This document shows positions 47,846 to 58,254 of a stretch of 64,000 nt of DNA, piece by piece. The DNA lies in assembly GCA_963719515.1 (NCBI GenBank), contig CAVRCJ010000001.1, positions 256,001-320,000 on the forward strand, given 5' to 3'. Origin of the DNA: an uncultured cyanobacterium. Its GTDB lineage: Bacteria; Cyanobacteriota; Cyanobacteriia; CAKZMO01. The position numbers and the translations under genes were made by a program. The notes under the pieces were generated by a model. It was given only the letters and a program-made list of their open reading frames with translations, did no database searches and was not told where the DNA came from. Each line of letters opens with the position of its first letter. Position 1 is the stretch's first letter.

Positions 47846-49055
47846 TCAGTGACTCCCAGCTACTGCTGAGACATTTCCTGAGAGATTAAGGGCTTGATGT
47901 CCCACAGCCCTATTCAATAGGTTGATAGCCGCGTTGTGGTCGCGACAGATCGTTAAGCCGCATGACGGGCAACTATGGACCCGATCGGCCAGCGTCTTTG
48001 GTACCCGCTCACCACAACCCGAGCAATCAATGCTGGTTCCGCGTGGGTTCTCAGCGATGGTCATCTTTCCAGCTTTCGCGGCTTTGAAAGAGCCTATCTC
48101 CAAGAATGTACCCCATGCGGCATCAGCGATTGACTTTGCCAGTCTGGTTCGAGCAAGTCCTTTGATGTTGAGCTTTTCATGAGCGACAACATCGTACTTT
48201 GAGAACAGCCAATCCCACACCTTAGAAAAGAAATCACGACGCTGACGCGATATCTTTAGGTGTAGTTTGGCGATGCGATTCACCTGCTTACGCCAGCGGT
48301 TAGAGCCCTTCTTCTGTCTCGATAGCTGCCGCTGCAGCTTGGATAGCTGCCGCTCTGAGCGTCGAAAGAACTGAGGGATAGGAACGCTCTCACCGTCACT
48401 GGTAACCAAGAAATCCTTCAGCCCAACGTCAACACCGACAGACTTAGCCCTATCGACATCCGGAGTAAGCATCGGAACGGCATTGTTTTCCAGTAACAGG
48501 CTCACATACCAACCATCTGCTTTGCGAGTCACCTTGGCCGTTTTGACAGTAAACCCATCAGGTATCGGGCGATGAAGGATTAGCTTCACCTGGCCAATCT
48601 TAGGCAGGGTAATACGACTTCCATCGATGCAGTCAGGTTTTATCTGCGGGAACGTGAACGTCCTGTAGCGCCCCGCGCCTTTGAACCGAGGCTTGCCGCT
48701 ACGCTTACCGTTTTTATCACCTTTGATGAAACGCTCGAACGTCTGCTTTACCTGCTTCGTCACCTCCTGAAGCGCTTGTGAGTGCAAATCTTTGTACCAG
48801 GGCCGCTCTCGCTTGAGAGGGTACTAGGCTAGCCTTCTGGCTGTAGTAATTAGGATTATCTTTGAGTGGCGCAAGGCTACAGGTGAGTGGGCAGGCGTTG
48901 ACCGAACAGCGGTTCATCTCCCACCAGTCGAAGCGCTCAGCCAGCAACCAGTTGTACTGTGCCCGAAGCATGTCTAGCCATCGGGTCATAGTAACCGTTT
49001 GCTCAGCCGTTGGGCGTAACCTGTACTGATGGGTGATTTTCACTACTGCATCCAA
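47846..49055 (-). pseudogene. tnpB: TnpB RNA-guided nuclease with frameshift near 48820
   Basis: YRLRP, VGVDVG, HEKL, Zn finger, RDHNAA; one extra base splits the ORF. Confidence 0.88.
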
Positions 49056-49096
49056 GTCAGTGATATCATAATAGCATACGCTGATTTCGATGCACC

Positions 49097-49576
49097 ATGA
49101 AAAATGACTTTGTTTCTAACGGTCGCTCAATTTCAGACCTTAAGGCCCATCTGGTTTTGACGACGAAATACTGCCGTAAGGTTTTTACCGAAGAAATGAT
49201 ACGGCGACTTCTAGAGATTGTCGGAGATCTGTGCGAGAAGTGGGACTGCAAGATGATTGAGTTCAACGGAGAGGCCGACCACGTTCATCTGCTGTTTCAG
49301 TATTATCCGCAGATGGAGCTACCCAAGTTCGTCAGTAATTTGAAGTCTGTTTCCAGCCGCAGGCTGAGGTCGGAGTTCGCAGAGCGAGTAGACCAGTTCT
49401 ACTGGCAGTCTGTTCTCTGGAACGAATCGTACTTTATCGCCAGTTGTGGCGGGGTCACTGTCTCTGTGCTGAAACGGTACATTGAGCAGCAGGACGCCCC
49501 GGAGATGGGTGCTTCTGGGGCATTGAACCCCGTCAGCACCCGCGACTCTCATCCCGACGCTCACCCTAGCGGGTAG
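49097..49576 (+). CDS. tnpA: Y1 HUH transposase
   Basis: HLVLTTKY, DHVHLL, LW..SYF, YIEQQ. Confidence 0.95.
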   Translation: MKNDFVSNGRSISDLKAHLVLTTKYCRKVFTEEMIRRLLEIVGDLCEKWDCKMIEFNGEADHVHLLFQYYPQMELPKFVSNLKSVSSRRLRSEFAERVDQFYWQSVLWNESYFIASCGGVTVSVLKRYIEQQDAPEMGASGALNPVSTRDSHPDAHPSG

Positions 49577-50177
49577 ATCGCGGGGCTTCCCGTCTAGCAG
49601 CTAAATGTCCAGCCGCGATCGCCTTCTCAACCATCTCCAGCACCCAAGGCCACAGGGCCGGCGTCCCCACTTCCACCGCCGCCATCCGTCCCATCACCTG
49701 CGCCCGCGTAATCGACTGCCCCCGCCAGGTGCCCCCCGCCGTGTACTGGTTGTGCAAAAACGGCTGAATTCGGTCCAGCGCTGCCGCGAACTGGGCCTCT
49801 GGCGTGCCTTGAGCCTCAAACTCGTCCCACGCTGTCCGAAAAGACTGCGCTAGGTCTGTGGGCAGTAGACCGAACAGCCGGTCCGCGGCCTTCGCCTCCC
49901 GCTCTGCTTTGCCGACGTTGCCCGCTTCGTCGTAGCAAAAGACGTCCCCTGCGTCAATCTCTACGACGTCGTGCAGCAGCAGCATGGTCATGACCCGCTG
50001 TAAATCCACAGGGGTAGGGGCGTATTCTGCCAGTACGAGCGCCATCACCGCGATCTGCCAGGAGTGCTCAGCGCTGTTTTCCCGCCGAGAATCGTCGATC
50101 AGGCGCGTTTGACGTAGGACAGTCTTTAGCTTGTCGAGTTCGGCGATGAACTGGAGCTGCTGGGCGAATCGACTCAT
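49566..50177 (-). CDS. HD-domain phosphohydrolase
   Basis: ENSAEHSW, LLHDVVEIDAGD, ALDR.QP. Confidence 0.9.
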   Translation of the reverse strand: MSRFAQQLQFIAELDKLKTVLRQTRLIDDSRRENSAEHSWQIAVMALVLAEYAPTPVDLQRVMTMLLLHDVVEIDAGDVFCYDEAGNVGKAEREAKAADRLFGLLPTDLAQSFRTAWDEFEAQGTPEAQFAAALDRIQPFLHNQYTAGGTWRGQSITRAQVMGRMAAVEVGTPALWPWVLEMVEKAIAAGHLAARREAPRSTR

Positions 50178-50275
50178 GGGATGGACCCTGTTGGCGTTTT
50201 GGGTACTGTACTACGCTGGAGGCGCTGCAGGCTGGCGTTAAGGTCACGCATGACGTGAGTGGACCCGGCGAAACG

Positions 50276-51196
50276 CTAACCCTTGCACCACTGCTCCACC
50301 TGCTCTAAGAACGCAAACACCGCCGGAGCGTGCATTACCTCCGACAGCGTGGCCGCCGCCAGCGTTCGGGTCAGCGGCTGAGGCAGGTGGCGAACCCTCA
50401 CCGTCTCAGGAATGGGCAGGGCAGCGTAGCGCGGCAAAACGGCCATTCCCAGGCCTTGGGCCACCAGGCTAACAATCATGGCGTCTTCGTTGATTTCGTA
50501 AGCCACCGTCAGAGGCACCTCTGCCTGTTGAAGATACTGCCGCAGCGCCGCGTAGCCGCCATCGTTGGCCGCTGGCATAATCAGGTCATATTGACCCATC
50601 TCCTGCCAGGAAATGGGCTTCTCGTAGCCCAAAGGGGACGGCGGTTCGTTGGAAATACCGGGCGGCAGCAGAGCCACGTAGTCGTCCTCGCAAATGGCGC
50701 AGACCGTCAGCCCCTCGGTGTCATAGATATCCATCAGGCCCACGTCCGCAGTGCGATCGCGGAGGGCTTGGTGAACGCCGTGGTAATCAAAGCACTTAGA
50801 GACCGTGACGTTGAGCTGGGGATGCTGCTGGTGAAATGCCGCTAGCACCGGAGGAAGCCAGTGGGTGGCGAGGCTGCGGATAGAAACGATGCGCACCTGA
50901 CCGGCATCTAGACCCCGCGCCTGGTGGGCGGTTTTTACCACCGCATCGAGGCGCTCTAGAATCGAGTGAATGTCCTGCAGGACAGCTTCCCCCGTGGTGG
51001 TGAGAGTAGCGCCTAGACGCCCGCGAAACAGCAGCTCTACTCCCAAAATTTCTTCTAAGGAGGCGATCGCGTGGCTGACAGACGATTGAGTCACGCCTAG
51101 CTCTAGCGCGGCTCTACCAAAGCTACCGCACTGGGCCACGGCGACAAGGGCTCGAAGCTGAGATAACTTAAGCTTGGAGCTATCAATTTGATTCAT
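50276..51196 (-). CDS. LysR-family regulator
   Basis: GSFGRAALELGVTQSSVSHAI..LE..LG..LL.R. Confidence 0.93.
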   Translation of the reverse strand: MNQIDSSKLKLSQLRALVAVAQCGSFGRAALELGVTQSSVSHAIASLEEILGVELLFRGRLGATLTTTGEAVLQDIHSILERLDAVVKTAHQARGLDAGQVRIVSIRSLATHWLPPVLAAFHQQHPQLNVTVSKCFDYHGVHQALRDRTADVGLMDIYDTEGLTVCAICEDDYVALLPPGISNEPPSPLGYEKPISWQEMGQYDLIMPAANDGGYAALRQYLQQAEVPLTVAYEINEDAMIVSLVAQGLGMAVLPRYAALPIPETVRVRHLPQPLTRTLAAATLSEVMHAPAVFAFLEQVEQWCKG

Positions 51197-51349
51197 GGGG
51201 CCTATCGATGGCGTGGGTTGATGCACCGCGGAAACATCTAATATGGTGTCTCACAATAGCTGTACATCGGGGCCTGCAGGCTCATCGTGCTTACCGAGCT
51301 GCCAGGCCAGTTACCCTCAAACCATCTGTAGCGATATTCTATCCTTGAA

Positions 51350-52715
51350 CAGAATCGCGGCAGTCCCTAATCTCAGCGAAGCGGATTAGGGAAGGATAGC
51401 GCGTGAGCGTAGCGAACATAGTACGATTGTCTCAGTGCATACATCGAGTTATGGCAACACGCCGTGTAACGTATAGGCTCTACCCGACGACCCAGCAAGG
51501 GGCGATGCTGTTCGAGTGGCGGCGTCTTCATGCCTACCTGTACAACGCCTGCATAGAGCACCGCCGCACCAGCTACAAACAGCACGGGCAGTCTGTGGGC
51601 TACATCGACCAGCAAAACCTGCTACCTGCATTCAAGGAGTGCTGGCCAGAGTACAAAGCTTTGGGCAGTCATGCTTTGCAGGCTACGGTCAAGCGAGTAG
51701 ACTTTGCGTTTCAGCGGTTCTTCAAAGGGCTAGGGAAGTATCCCAAGTTCAAGTCGATACGGCTGTTCTCTGGCTGGACCTATCCGTGCGGTTCTGGCTG
51801 GAAGGCGCTAAGCGATGGCATCAATGGTTGCCTGCAGCTATCAAACTTGGGCAAGATTCGGATGCGAGGACAAGCTCGTACCTGGGGGAGACCGACAACC
51901 TGCACGATTGTCTACCGGCCAAGTGAAGGGAAGTGGTACGCCTCCATCACCGTGGCGTGCAGCCCAGAGCGCCAAACCGCTGGCGGTGCTGTCGGGATAG
52001 ACTTAGGCTGCACTAATGCGGTGTCGTTCTCAGACGGCACCAAAGAGGAAAAGCCTGAGTTCATCAAAGCGGGCGATGTCGCGGTTAAGCAGGCCTGCAA
52101 GGTGCTGCGCCGCAAACGCAGGCCCAACCGCAAGCAGGGCGTCAAAGCCTCTAACCGCTGGCGCAAAGCCAGACGCAAAGTTTCCAAGATTCAACGCAAG
52201 GTAGCCAACCAGCGAGCGGATTGGTTGCACAAGCTCACCAGCAACATAGTTAGCCGTAATAGCCTAGTCGCCGGAGAGCAGCTTAACGTCAAGGGCATGA
52301 CCCGCAAGGCCCGCAAAGGCAAGCGGAAACGTCAAAAGGCCGGTCTCAATCGCTCAATCCTGTCGGTGGGGTTTGCAAGGGTTAGACCGCTGCTGTCCTA
52401 CAAGGAAGCTGAGGCGGGCGGATTCTATCTGGAGTCTCCTACCCGGCAGCTCAAGCCGTCCCAGCGCTGCGCTCAGTGCTGGGAGCTGACGCCCAAGACG
52501 TTGAGCGACCGTATCCACCGATGCCAACACTGCGGCCATACCGAAGACCGCGATACCAATGCTGCTCAGGTCAATCTGATCTGGGCACGGGGGCAGGAAT
52601 CTTCCCTCGCAAGCGCTGAGCCGCCTAGCTCTACCAACTGCGGAAGCATGAGGCAACTAGGGGCAATGAAGCGCACGAAACACCTAGCTCAGCGTAGCGG
52701 TTAGGTGTAGTTCAT
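51350..52715 (+). mobile_element. IS1341-like tnpB-only element
   Basis: Paired end hairpins CCCTAATC-TCAGCGAAGCG-GATTAGGG and CACCTAGC-TCAGCGTAGCG-GTTAGGTG; right end TTCAT. Confidence 0.8.
51451..52704 (+). CDS. tnpB: TnpB, RuvC residues intact
   Basis: YRLYP, GIDLG, GEQL, CAQC/CQHC, DRDTNAA. Confidence 0.93.
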   Translation: MATRRVTYRLYPTTQQGAMLFEWRRLHAYLYNACIEHRRTSYKQHGQSVGYIDQQNLLPAFKECWPEYKALGSHALQATVKRVDFAFQRFFKGLGKYPKFKSIRLFSGWTYPCGSGWKALSDGINGCLQLSNLGKIRMRGQARTWGRPTTCTIVYRPSEGKWYASITVACSPERQTAGGAVGIDLGCTNAVSFSDGTKEEKPEFIKAGDVAVKQACKVLRRKRRPNRKQGVKASNRWRKARRKVSKIQRKVANQRADWLHKLTSNIVSRNSLVAGEQLNVKGMTRKARKGKRKRQKAGLNRSILSVGFARVRPLLSYKEAEAGGFYLESPTRQLKPSQRCAQCWELTPKTLSDRIHRCQHCGHTEDRDTNAAQVNLIWARGQESSLASAEPPSSTNCGSMRQLGAMKRTKHLAQRSG

Positions 52716-52810
52716 ACCCTATGTTGCCTATCAAATGTTGCCTACCAAATTAGATCAAAGACCAGCTACGCAGAGCGATCGCACCGTAGCCGCCCCGAAG
52801 CGAATCTAGC

Positions 52811-53716
52811 ATGACCAACGCCAAAGCCGCTCCTCCCGCCGCCAGTCCCTTGCTCTATGCCAAGCTGTCGGCCATGACCGTAATTTGGGGCGGTACCTTT
52901 ATCGCTGGTCGGGTCGTCACCCAAACCCTCGGCCCCTTTTCCGCTGCCTTTTGCCGCTACGCGATCGCTACCCTACTGCTGCTACTTCTTACCCGCCGCG
53001 TCGAAGGCCGCTTGCCCCCTCTAAAACAGGCTCAGCTTTTACCCCTGGTCATCTTAGGGCTAACGGGGGTATTTGCCTACAACGCCCTGTTTTTTCTAGG
53101 GCTAGAGCGCATCCCGGCCGGACGTGCCTCCCTCATTGTCACAACCAATCCGACAATGATTGCGTTGGGAGCTGCGATCTTTTTTCGCCATCCTCTGACG
53201 CCGCTGCGGATTTTGGGCATTGCCTTGGGGCTGATGGGGGCAGTGACGGTGATTACTGACGGTGCCCCCTGGGCGATTTTGCACTCAGGCGTCAGCTTGG
53301 GAGATCTGTACCTGGTGGGCTGCGTGTTTTCCTGGGCGGCATACTCCCTAGTAGGCAAAGCCGTGATGGACACCCTGTCGCCCTTTGCCGCCATTACCTA
53401 CGCCTGCCTTGTGGGAACGCCGCTGCTGCTGGGGCCTGCCCTGAGGGAAGGACTGATTGGGGATGTCGTTACCGCCTCGCCCGCGCTCTGGCTCAATGTC
53501 CTGTATCTGGCCGTGCTGGGGACGGTGGTGGCCTTCTACTGGTACTATCAGGGGCTAAAGATTCTGGGACCGGCCCGCGCCTCGATTTTCATTAACTTTG
53601 TGCCGGTGGTGGCAGTGCTGCTGGCGGCGGTGCTGCTGGGGGAGCCGCTATCGGTGTCGCTGCTGGTGGGAGGAGCCTTAGTGGTAATGGGAGTGTTTTT
53701 GACGAACCGATACTGA
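52811..53716 (+). CDS. EamA/DMT transporter
   Basis: IWGGTF; ten TM helices; duplicated EamA pattern. Confidence 0.92.
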   Translation: MTNAKAAPPAASPLLYAKLSAMTVIWGGTFIAGRVVTQTLGPFSAAFCRYAIATLLLLLLTRRVEGRLPPLKQAQLLPLVILGLTGVFAYNALFFLGLERIPAGRASLIVTTNPTMIALGAAIFFRHPLTPLRILGIALGLMGAVTVITDGAPWAILHSGVSLGDLYLVGCVFSWAAYSLVGKAVMDTLSPFAAITYACLVGTPLLLGPALREGLIGDVVTASPALWLNVLYLAVLGTVVAFYWYYQGLKILGPARASIFINFVPVVAVLLAAVLLGEPLSVSLLVGGALVVMGVFLTNRY

Positions 53717-53971
53717 AACGGAGAGCAGGAGAGCTGCCCAAAACGATTTCCGGTCATAAGGGAGCCAATGAATAGCCCCATATCAGTCCCTACCCCATAG
53801 GCTTAGCGATAAAGGAGTTGAACATTGAGGGGACCACGAGCGGGTTTTACGCAACGCGCAATTCTAATTCTTGCGGAGCAGGATGCCCAGCGCTAGGGGG
53901 TATTCTACTAAGGCCTCAATCCATTGACGTCGGCCTTGCGCAACGCGCTAATAGTGAGCCAATATCATCAA

Positions 53972-56900
53972 CTACGAAGTCAAAGATTGCGCTAGCTCAA
54001 CGATGAATTCAGTGCCCTCGCCAGGGTTAGAGTGACAGTAGAGCCTTCCCTGATGGTTACCCGTGACAATTTGGTAGCTGATGGAGAGCCCCATCCCTGT
54101 GCCAACGCCAGTGGGTTTAGTAGTAAAGAAGGGGTTGAAAATGCTGGACTGGGTCGCTGTGTCCATCCCGATGCCGTTATCTTTCACCGAGATAGAAATC
54201 TTGCTTTCAGAAAGGACTGAGGTCTCAATCGTTAGCTTTCCCCCATAGCCTGAGTCCTCGCTGGCCTGTCGCTCTTCAATGGCATCGACAGCATTTACCA
54301 ATAGATTTAAAAACACTTGGTCAAGCAAACTGCCATAGCACTCAATGCGGGGCAGTTTGCCATATTGTTTGACTACGTCAATTCTTGGGTTGCCCGCTCG
54401 ACCGTTAAGACGGTTTTGTAAAATGATGAGGGAATTGTCGATATACTCGTGAACGTCGATCGCCGAGTAATTGGCCTGATTTAGATGGGAGAACGTCCGC
54501 AAAGACTGAACAATATTCTGAATGCGCGTCGCTCCATTTTCCATAGACGCCAATAGCTTGGGAAAATCGCTGAGGATGTAGTCTGCGTCGATTTGGCTGA
54601 TGAGCTTATCGATCGCGCTAGGAGGCTCTGGATAATGTTGTTGATAGAGCTGAATCAACGCCGCTAAACTGTTGGCATAGTCAGACGCTGCGGCTAAGTT
54701 CCCGTAGATAAAGCCCACAGGATTGTTGATCTCATGGGCGATGCCTGCAACAAGCTGCCCCAAACTCGACATCTTTTCAGCTTGGACAAGATGAATCTGG
54801 GCATCTTGTAGCTCTTGATAAGAGCGCTGCAGCTGCTCAGTTTTAGCCTGAGACTCTTTGTAAATCTGGGCCTGAGAGATGGCAATCGCCACCTGATTGG
54901 CAATACTTTGAAACAGCTCCACTTCTTCGTCTTTCCAGGGCTGATCGCTAGTCGCCCGGCCAATATGCAAGCTGCCGATTTCAACGCCAGCAGTATGGAT
55001 AGGTAAGCACAAGAGAGCAGAAATGCCAGACGATTTGAGCTTATCGATTAGGGTTTCATTGTGTGGCTCTGTCAAGCTGTCGATGCGGTAGATTTGATTG
55101 TTAATAATGCTCTCAAAGAGTTGAGGAAAATTTTCAGAACGATAGGTTCCGACACAGCTGCGCAGCCCGCTCACTTTCCTCTCTTCTACCACCTCTATCT
55201 GCCCTGAGGGCAGACCTGAGCTGTCGCTATCTTTGGTGTACCAAGCAAAAACGCAGCTATCCACCGGAAACTCCACAACAATGCCAGTGACGAGATTGCG
55301 TAGAATAATGTTGAGATCGAGGGAGTCGCGAATTTCTGAACCGATGCGGTTGAGGAGCTGCGCTCGGCTAAGCAAGTGGTGGACCTGCGCTTCAGCTTGC
55401 CGGCGATCGGTTACATCTTGTATAGTGACCACCACCCCAAAAACGCTCCCGTTTAGATCTTTTAGAGGCGCTTTGTTGGTCACAAGCCAGCGCTGTTCAC
55501 CACCGGGTACCGTCAAGGGCTCCTCAATTCCAAGCGTTGGTTTACCCGACTCCATCACCTCTCTATCGTCAGCGCGAAAGTGCTCAGCTTCGCTTTGGTC
55601 TACGACAATTTCGAAATCGGTCTTGCCGACAATTTCAGCTGAGGATTTAAATCCAAGAATTGTGGCGAGCTGCTGATTACAGCCTAAATAGACAGAATTA
55701 CGATCTTTCCAATTGACCGGTATTGGCAGCGTGTCTAGCACCGTCTGCAAGAACTGCTCTCGCTCTCGCAGGGCAGCTGTACGTTCCTCAACCTTAATCT
55801 CTAGCTGTTGGTTGAGCTGCTCCGACAAAACTAATGCCCGCTGGCGCTCTAGCTCCGCTGCTGCGCGAGCAGCAAAGACGTGCAGAATTCGGATTGTCTG
55901 CTGTGGCGCTTGAAGAGCCTGCTTGTGCATGACAAACAGGGTACCGATAGCATTTCCTGCACCATCGCGCAGGGCGACACCGAGATAGGCCCGCAGATCG
56001 CCCCAGGGGTGATCTGCGGCCTCCGCAAAGGTATCTTTGATGGGGCCTTCCAAGTAAAACGAGCCGTCTTGTAAGGTACGCCCGCAGGGAAGGGTGGTGG
56101 CATCAAAGGGGGGCAAGTCTTGAAGCTTGCCATCAGCCCAAGATGCCAAGACATGAAGCTTGTTGTCAATCCATTCAGTGATACCGGCGTGGGAAACGTT
56201 GAGGCCCTGTGAGATATGCCTGGCCAATGCAGGAAAAAAGTCCTGCCCGGTGGTCGCTGCTGTGCCCTCAAATAGGTTTTGCAGCTGTGCTTCAGCTTGC
56301 TTACGCTCGGTAATATCTCGAACGACAACCAAAACCTCTTGCGCGTTGAGAGGAGCAATGCGAACTTCTTCGTGGCGCAAGTCTCCGTCGAAATCGAAGA
56401 TCTGCTCGTAAACCTGTAGGCTCTCGCTTTCAATGGCCTGGTTAGCGTAATGGAGGCGCTGCTGTGCTAGCTCAGGGGGCAGCGCCGCATAGACGTCTCG
56501 GTTATCAAGCAATTGGGGAGGATGTTTGATGTGAACGGCGCTTCCCCCAGCGATGCGGCTGTAGCGCCCGTGCCGATCCATCTGAATCAGCAGGTCAGGC
56601 ATCGTGTTGATGATGGCGCGGTTGGTCAATTCACTCTGCCGCAAAGCCGCCTCGGCCCGCTTCCGCTCGCTGATGTCCCGAATCATCAGCAAGACTTCAT
56701 CGTCACCGCTCTTGATCAGGCGCACCTCCTCGTCCTGAAAGCGATCGCCCACCTGCACCCGCTGCTCGTAGATCTGCAGCTCTCCGGTGCGTAAAGCCTG
56801 CTCTATATAGTAGCGCTGTTTAACCGCAATTTTCTCTGGAAGCACATCTGCCATCGCCAGCCCAGTCGGATCGACAGATTCAGGAATGATGACGAGTCCG

Positions 56901-57964
56901 CGCCGGTCCGTTACAGCTTCCCGATAAACGCCATCAGCACCGATGCGCAGCATGTAGTCCGGAATGACGGCCAAAAGCGCTCGGCTTTCAGCCTCTCGCT
57001 GCTGCAGCGCTATCTCGGCCTGCTTGCGATCGCTAATGTCAATAAGGATACCGACATAGCCAACAATTTTCCCGCAGCCATCGTGCTCTGCCATAGCCTG
57101 ACAGTAGGCCCAAACGACCGTCCCATCAGGTCGAAGGAAACGGCACTCAAGCCGAATTTCGCGCTGCTCTTGAACCGATTGCTCCCAAGCTCCGACGACA
57201 GGGCTGTGGTCCTCGGGATGGATGGACTGCTGCCAGCCGGCTCTGAGAGAGGACTCTAAGGTCGCGCCCGTGATTTTACAGTAGCGATCGTTGACATAGG
57301 TGCAGCTGCCTAACGCATCGGTGCGGAAAATGCCGACAGGGACCACAGCGGCTAGAGACGCATAACGACGCTCGCTTTCAAGCAAAAGCGCTTCGATTCG
57401 CCGGCGTTCGTTCAGCTCTTGGTCTAATGCGAGCTGGAGGCTTTCACAGGTGACTAAACCGATGGGGTAGTCCTGTTCATTCAAGATGGGCAGCTGCCGA
57501 CCGCAATGCTGCTGAATTAGGGCGATCGCCGCAGACACATCGACCAGCTCAGCCTCCCTGAGGCTAAGGGTAGCCGGCGTCATGACTTGTCCAACAGTGT
57601 CGGAGGGCGATCGCTGTTGGGCGCTCAGGCGCACGACGTCCGCCTCGGTCAACATCCCGGCGTATCGTCCATTGTCTACAACGAGCACGCAGCTTGACCG
57701 TATCCGCTGATGGAGCGGCAAGTTGCTCCCCCTATGCTGGAAGGAGGGCGACCCGGAGGCCTTTGGTAGGGAGGCACCGCCTCGGACGCGACGCCCCTGT
57801 ACATTGCTTACCGCGACGCCGCTCCTCTGAACCTCGTTGGTCTGGGCAATCTCCCCCTGGGCCTTACTCATCAGAACAATCGCGTCTACTGCTGCCGTAT
57901 CCGGCGAAACAATGAGCGGGTTCCGTATGATAAACGGTCCAAGGTCTGCAAGATTTGAGGGCAT
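53972..57964 (-). CDS. CBS-PAS-GAF sensor histidine kinase
   Basis: CBS pair, several PAS/PAC, two GAF-like regions, AHEINNP, NLLVNAVDA, GTGMGLS. Confidence 0.92.
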   Translation of the reverse strand: MPSNLADLGPFIIRNPLIVSPDTAAVDAIVLMSKAQGEIAQTNEVQRSGVAVSNVQGRRVRGGASLPKASGSPSFQHRGSNLPLHQRIRSSCVLVVDNGRYAGMLTEADVVRLSAQQRSPSDTVGQVMTPATLSLREAELVDVSAAIALIQQHCGRQLPILNEQDYPIGLVTCESLQLALDQELNERRRIEALLLESERRYASLAAVVPVGIFRTDALGSCTYVNDRYCKITGATLESSLRAGWQQSIHPEDHSPVVGAWEQSVQEQREIRLECRFLRPDGTVVWAYCQAMAEHDGCGKIVGYVGILIDISDRKQAEIALQQREAESRALLAVIPDYMLRIGADGVYREAVTDRRGLVIIPESVDPTGLAMADVLPEKIAVKQRYYIEQALRTGELQIYEQRVQVGDRFQDEEVRLIKSGDDEVLLMIRDISERKRAEAALRQSELTNRAIINTMPDLLIQMDRHGRYSRIAGGSAVHIKHPPQLLDNRDVYAALPPELAQQRLHYANQAIESESLQVYEQIFDFDGDLRHEEVRIAPLNAQEVLVVVRDITERKQAEAQLQNLFEGTAATTGQDFFPALARHISQGLNVSHAGITEWIDNKLHVLASWADGKLQDLPPFDATTLPCGRTLQDGSFYLEGPIKDTFAEAADHPWGDLRAYLGVALRDGAGNAIGTLFVMHKQALQAPQQTIRILHVFAARAAAELERQRALVLSEQLNQQLEIKVEERTAALREREQFLQTVLDTLPIPVNWKDRNSVYLGCNQQLATILGFKSSAEIVGKTDFEIVVDQSEAEHFRADDREVMESGKPTLGIEEPLTVPGGEQRWLVTNKAPLKDLNGSVFGVVVTIQDVTDRRQAEAQVHHLLSRAQLLNRIGSEIRDSLDLNIILRNLVTGIVVEFPVDSCVFAWYTKDSDSSGLPSGQIEVVEERKVSGLRSCVGTYRSENFPQLFESIINNQIYRIDSLTEPHNETLIDKLKSSGISALLCLPIHTAGVEIGSLHIGRATSDQPWKDEEVELFQSIANQVAIAISQAQIYKESQAKTEQLQRSYQELQDAQIHLVQAEKMSSLGQLVAGIAHEINNPVGFIYGNLAAASDYANSLAALIQLYQQHYPEPPSAIDKLISQIDADYILSDFPKLLASMENGATRIQNIVQSLRTFSHLNQANYSAIDVHEYIDNSLIILQNRLNGRAGNPRIDVVKQYGKLPRIECYGSLLDQVFLNLLVNAVDAIEERQASEDSGYGGKLTIETSVLSESKISISVKDNGIGMDTATQSSIFNPFFTTKPTGVGTGMGLSISYQIVTGNHQGRLYCHSNPGEGTEFIVELAQSLTS

Positions 57965-58254
57965 AGGGCTGTGGGCTTATTCCTTCTTCCGGCGGCAGCA
58001 CCTCTCTAAATACTTAGAGGCAAAGATTCACCTTGCGATCGCTGTCTCGTGCATAGGATTGAGAGATCTATTATTTAGACTGAACTTCGCGGGCGATCGC
58101 TGTCTTGACATGGGTTTCCCGCACCCTAGATAGATTATAGTCGAAGGCTTCCCTACAGCAATTTCTCTAAAAACTATTCCTTATTGCCAAAACTGCTGCG
58201 GTTTGATCTTTAAACCAGCAGGCCCAGCGCCGCAAATCTCCGCTGCCGCCCGTC

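Larger units (their letters stand above)
47800..49600. mobile_element. IS605-group element with divergent tnpA and tnpB
   Basis: Related subterminal hairpins CCCGACGCT...CGCGGG at ~47810-47841 and ~49553-49585; exact ends inferred. Confidence 0.85.
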
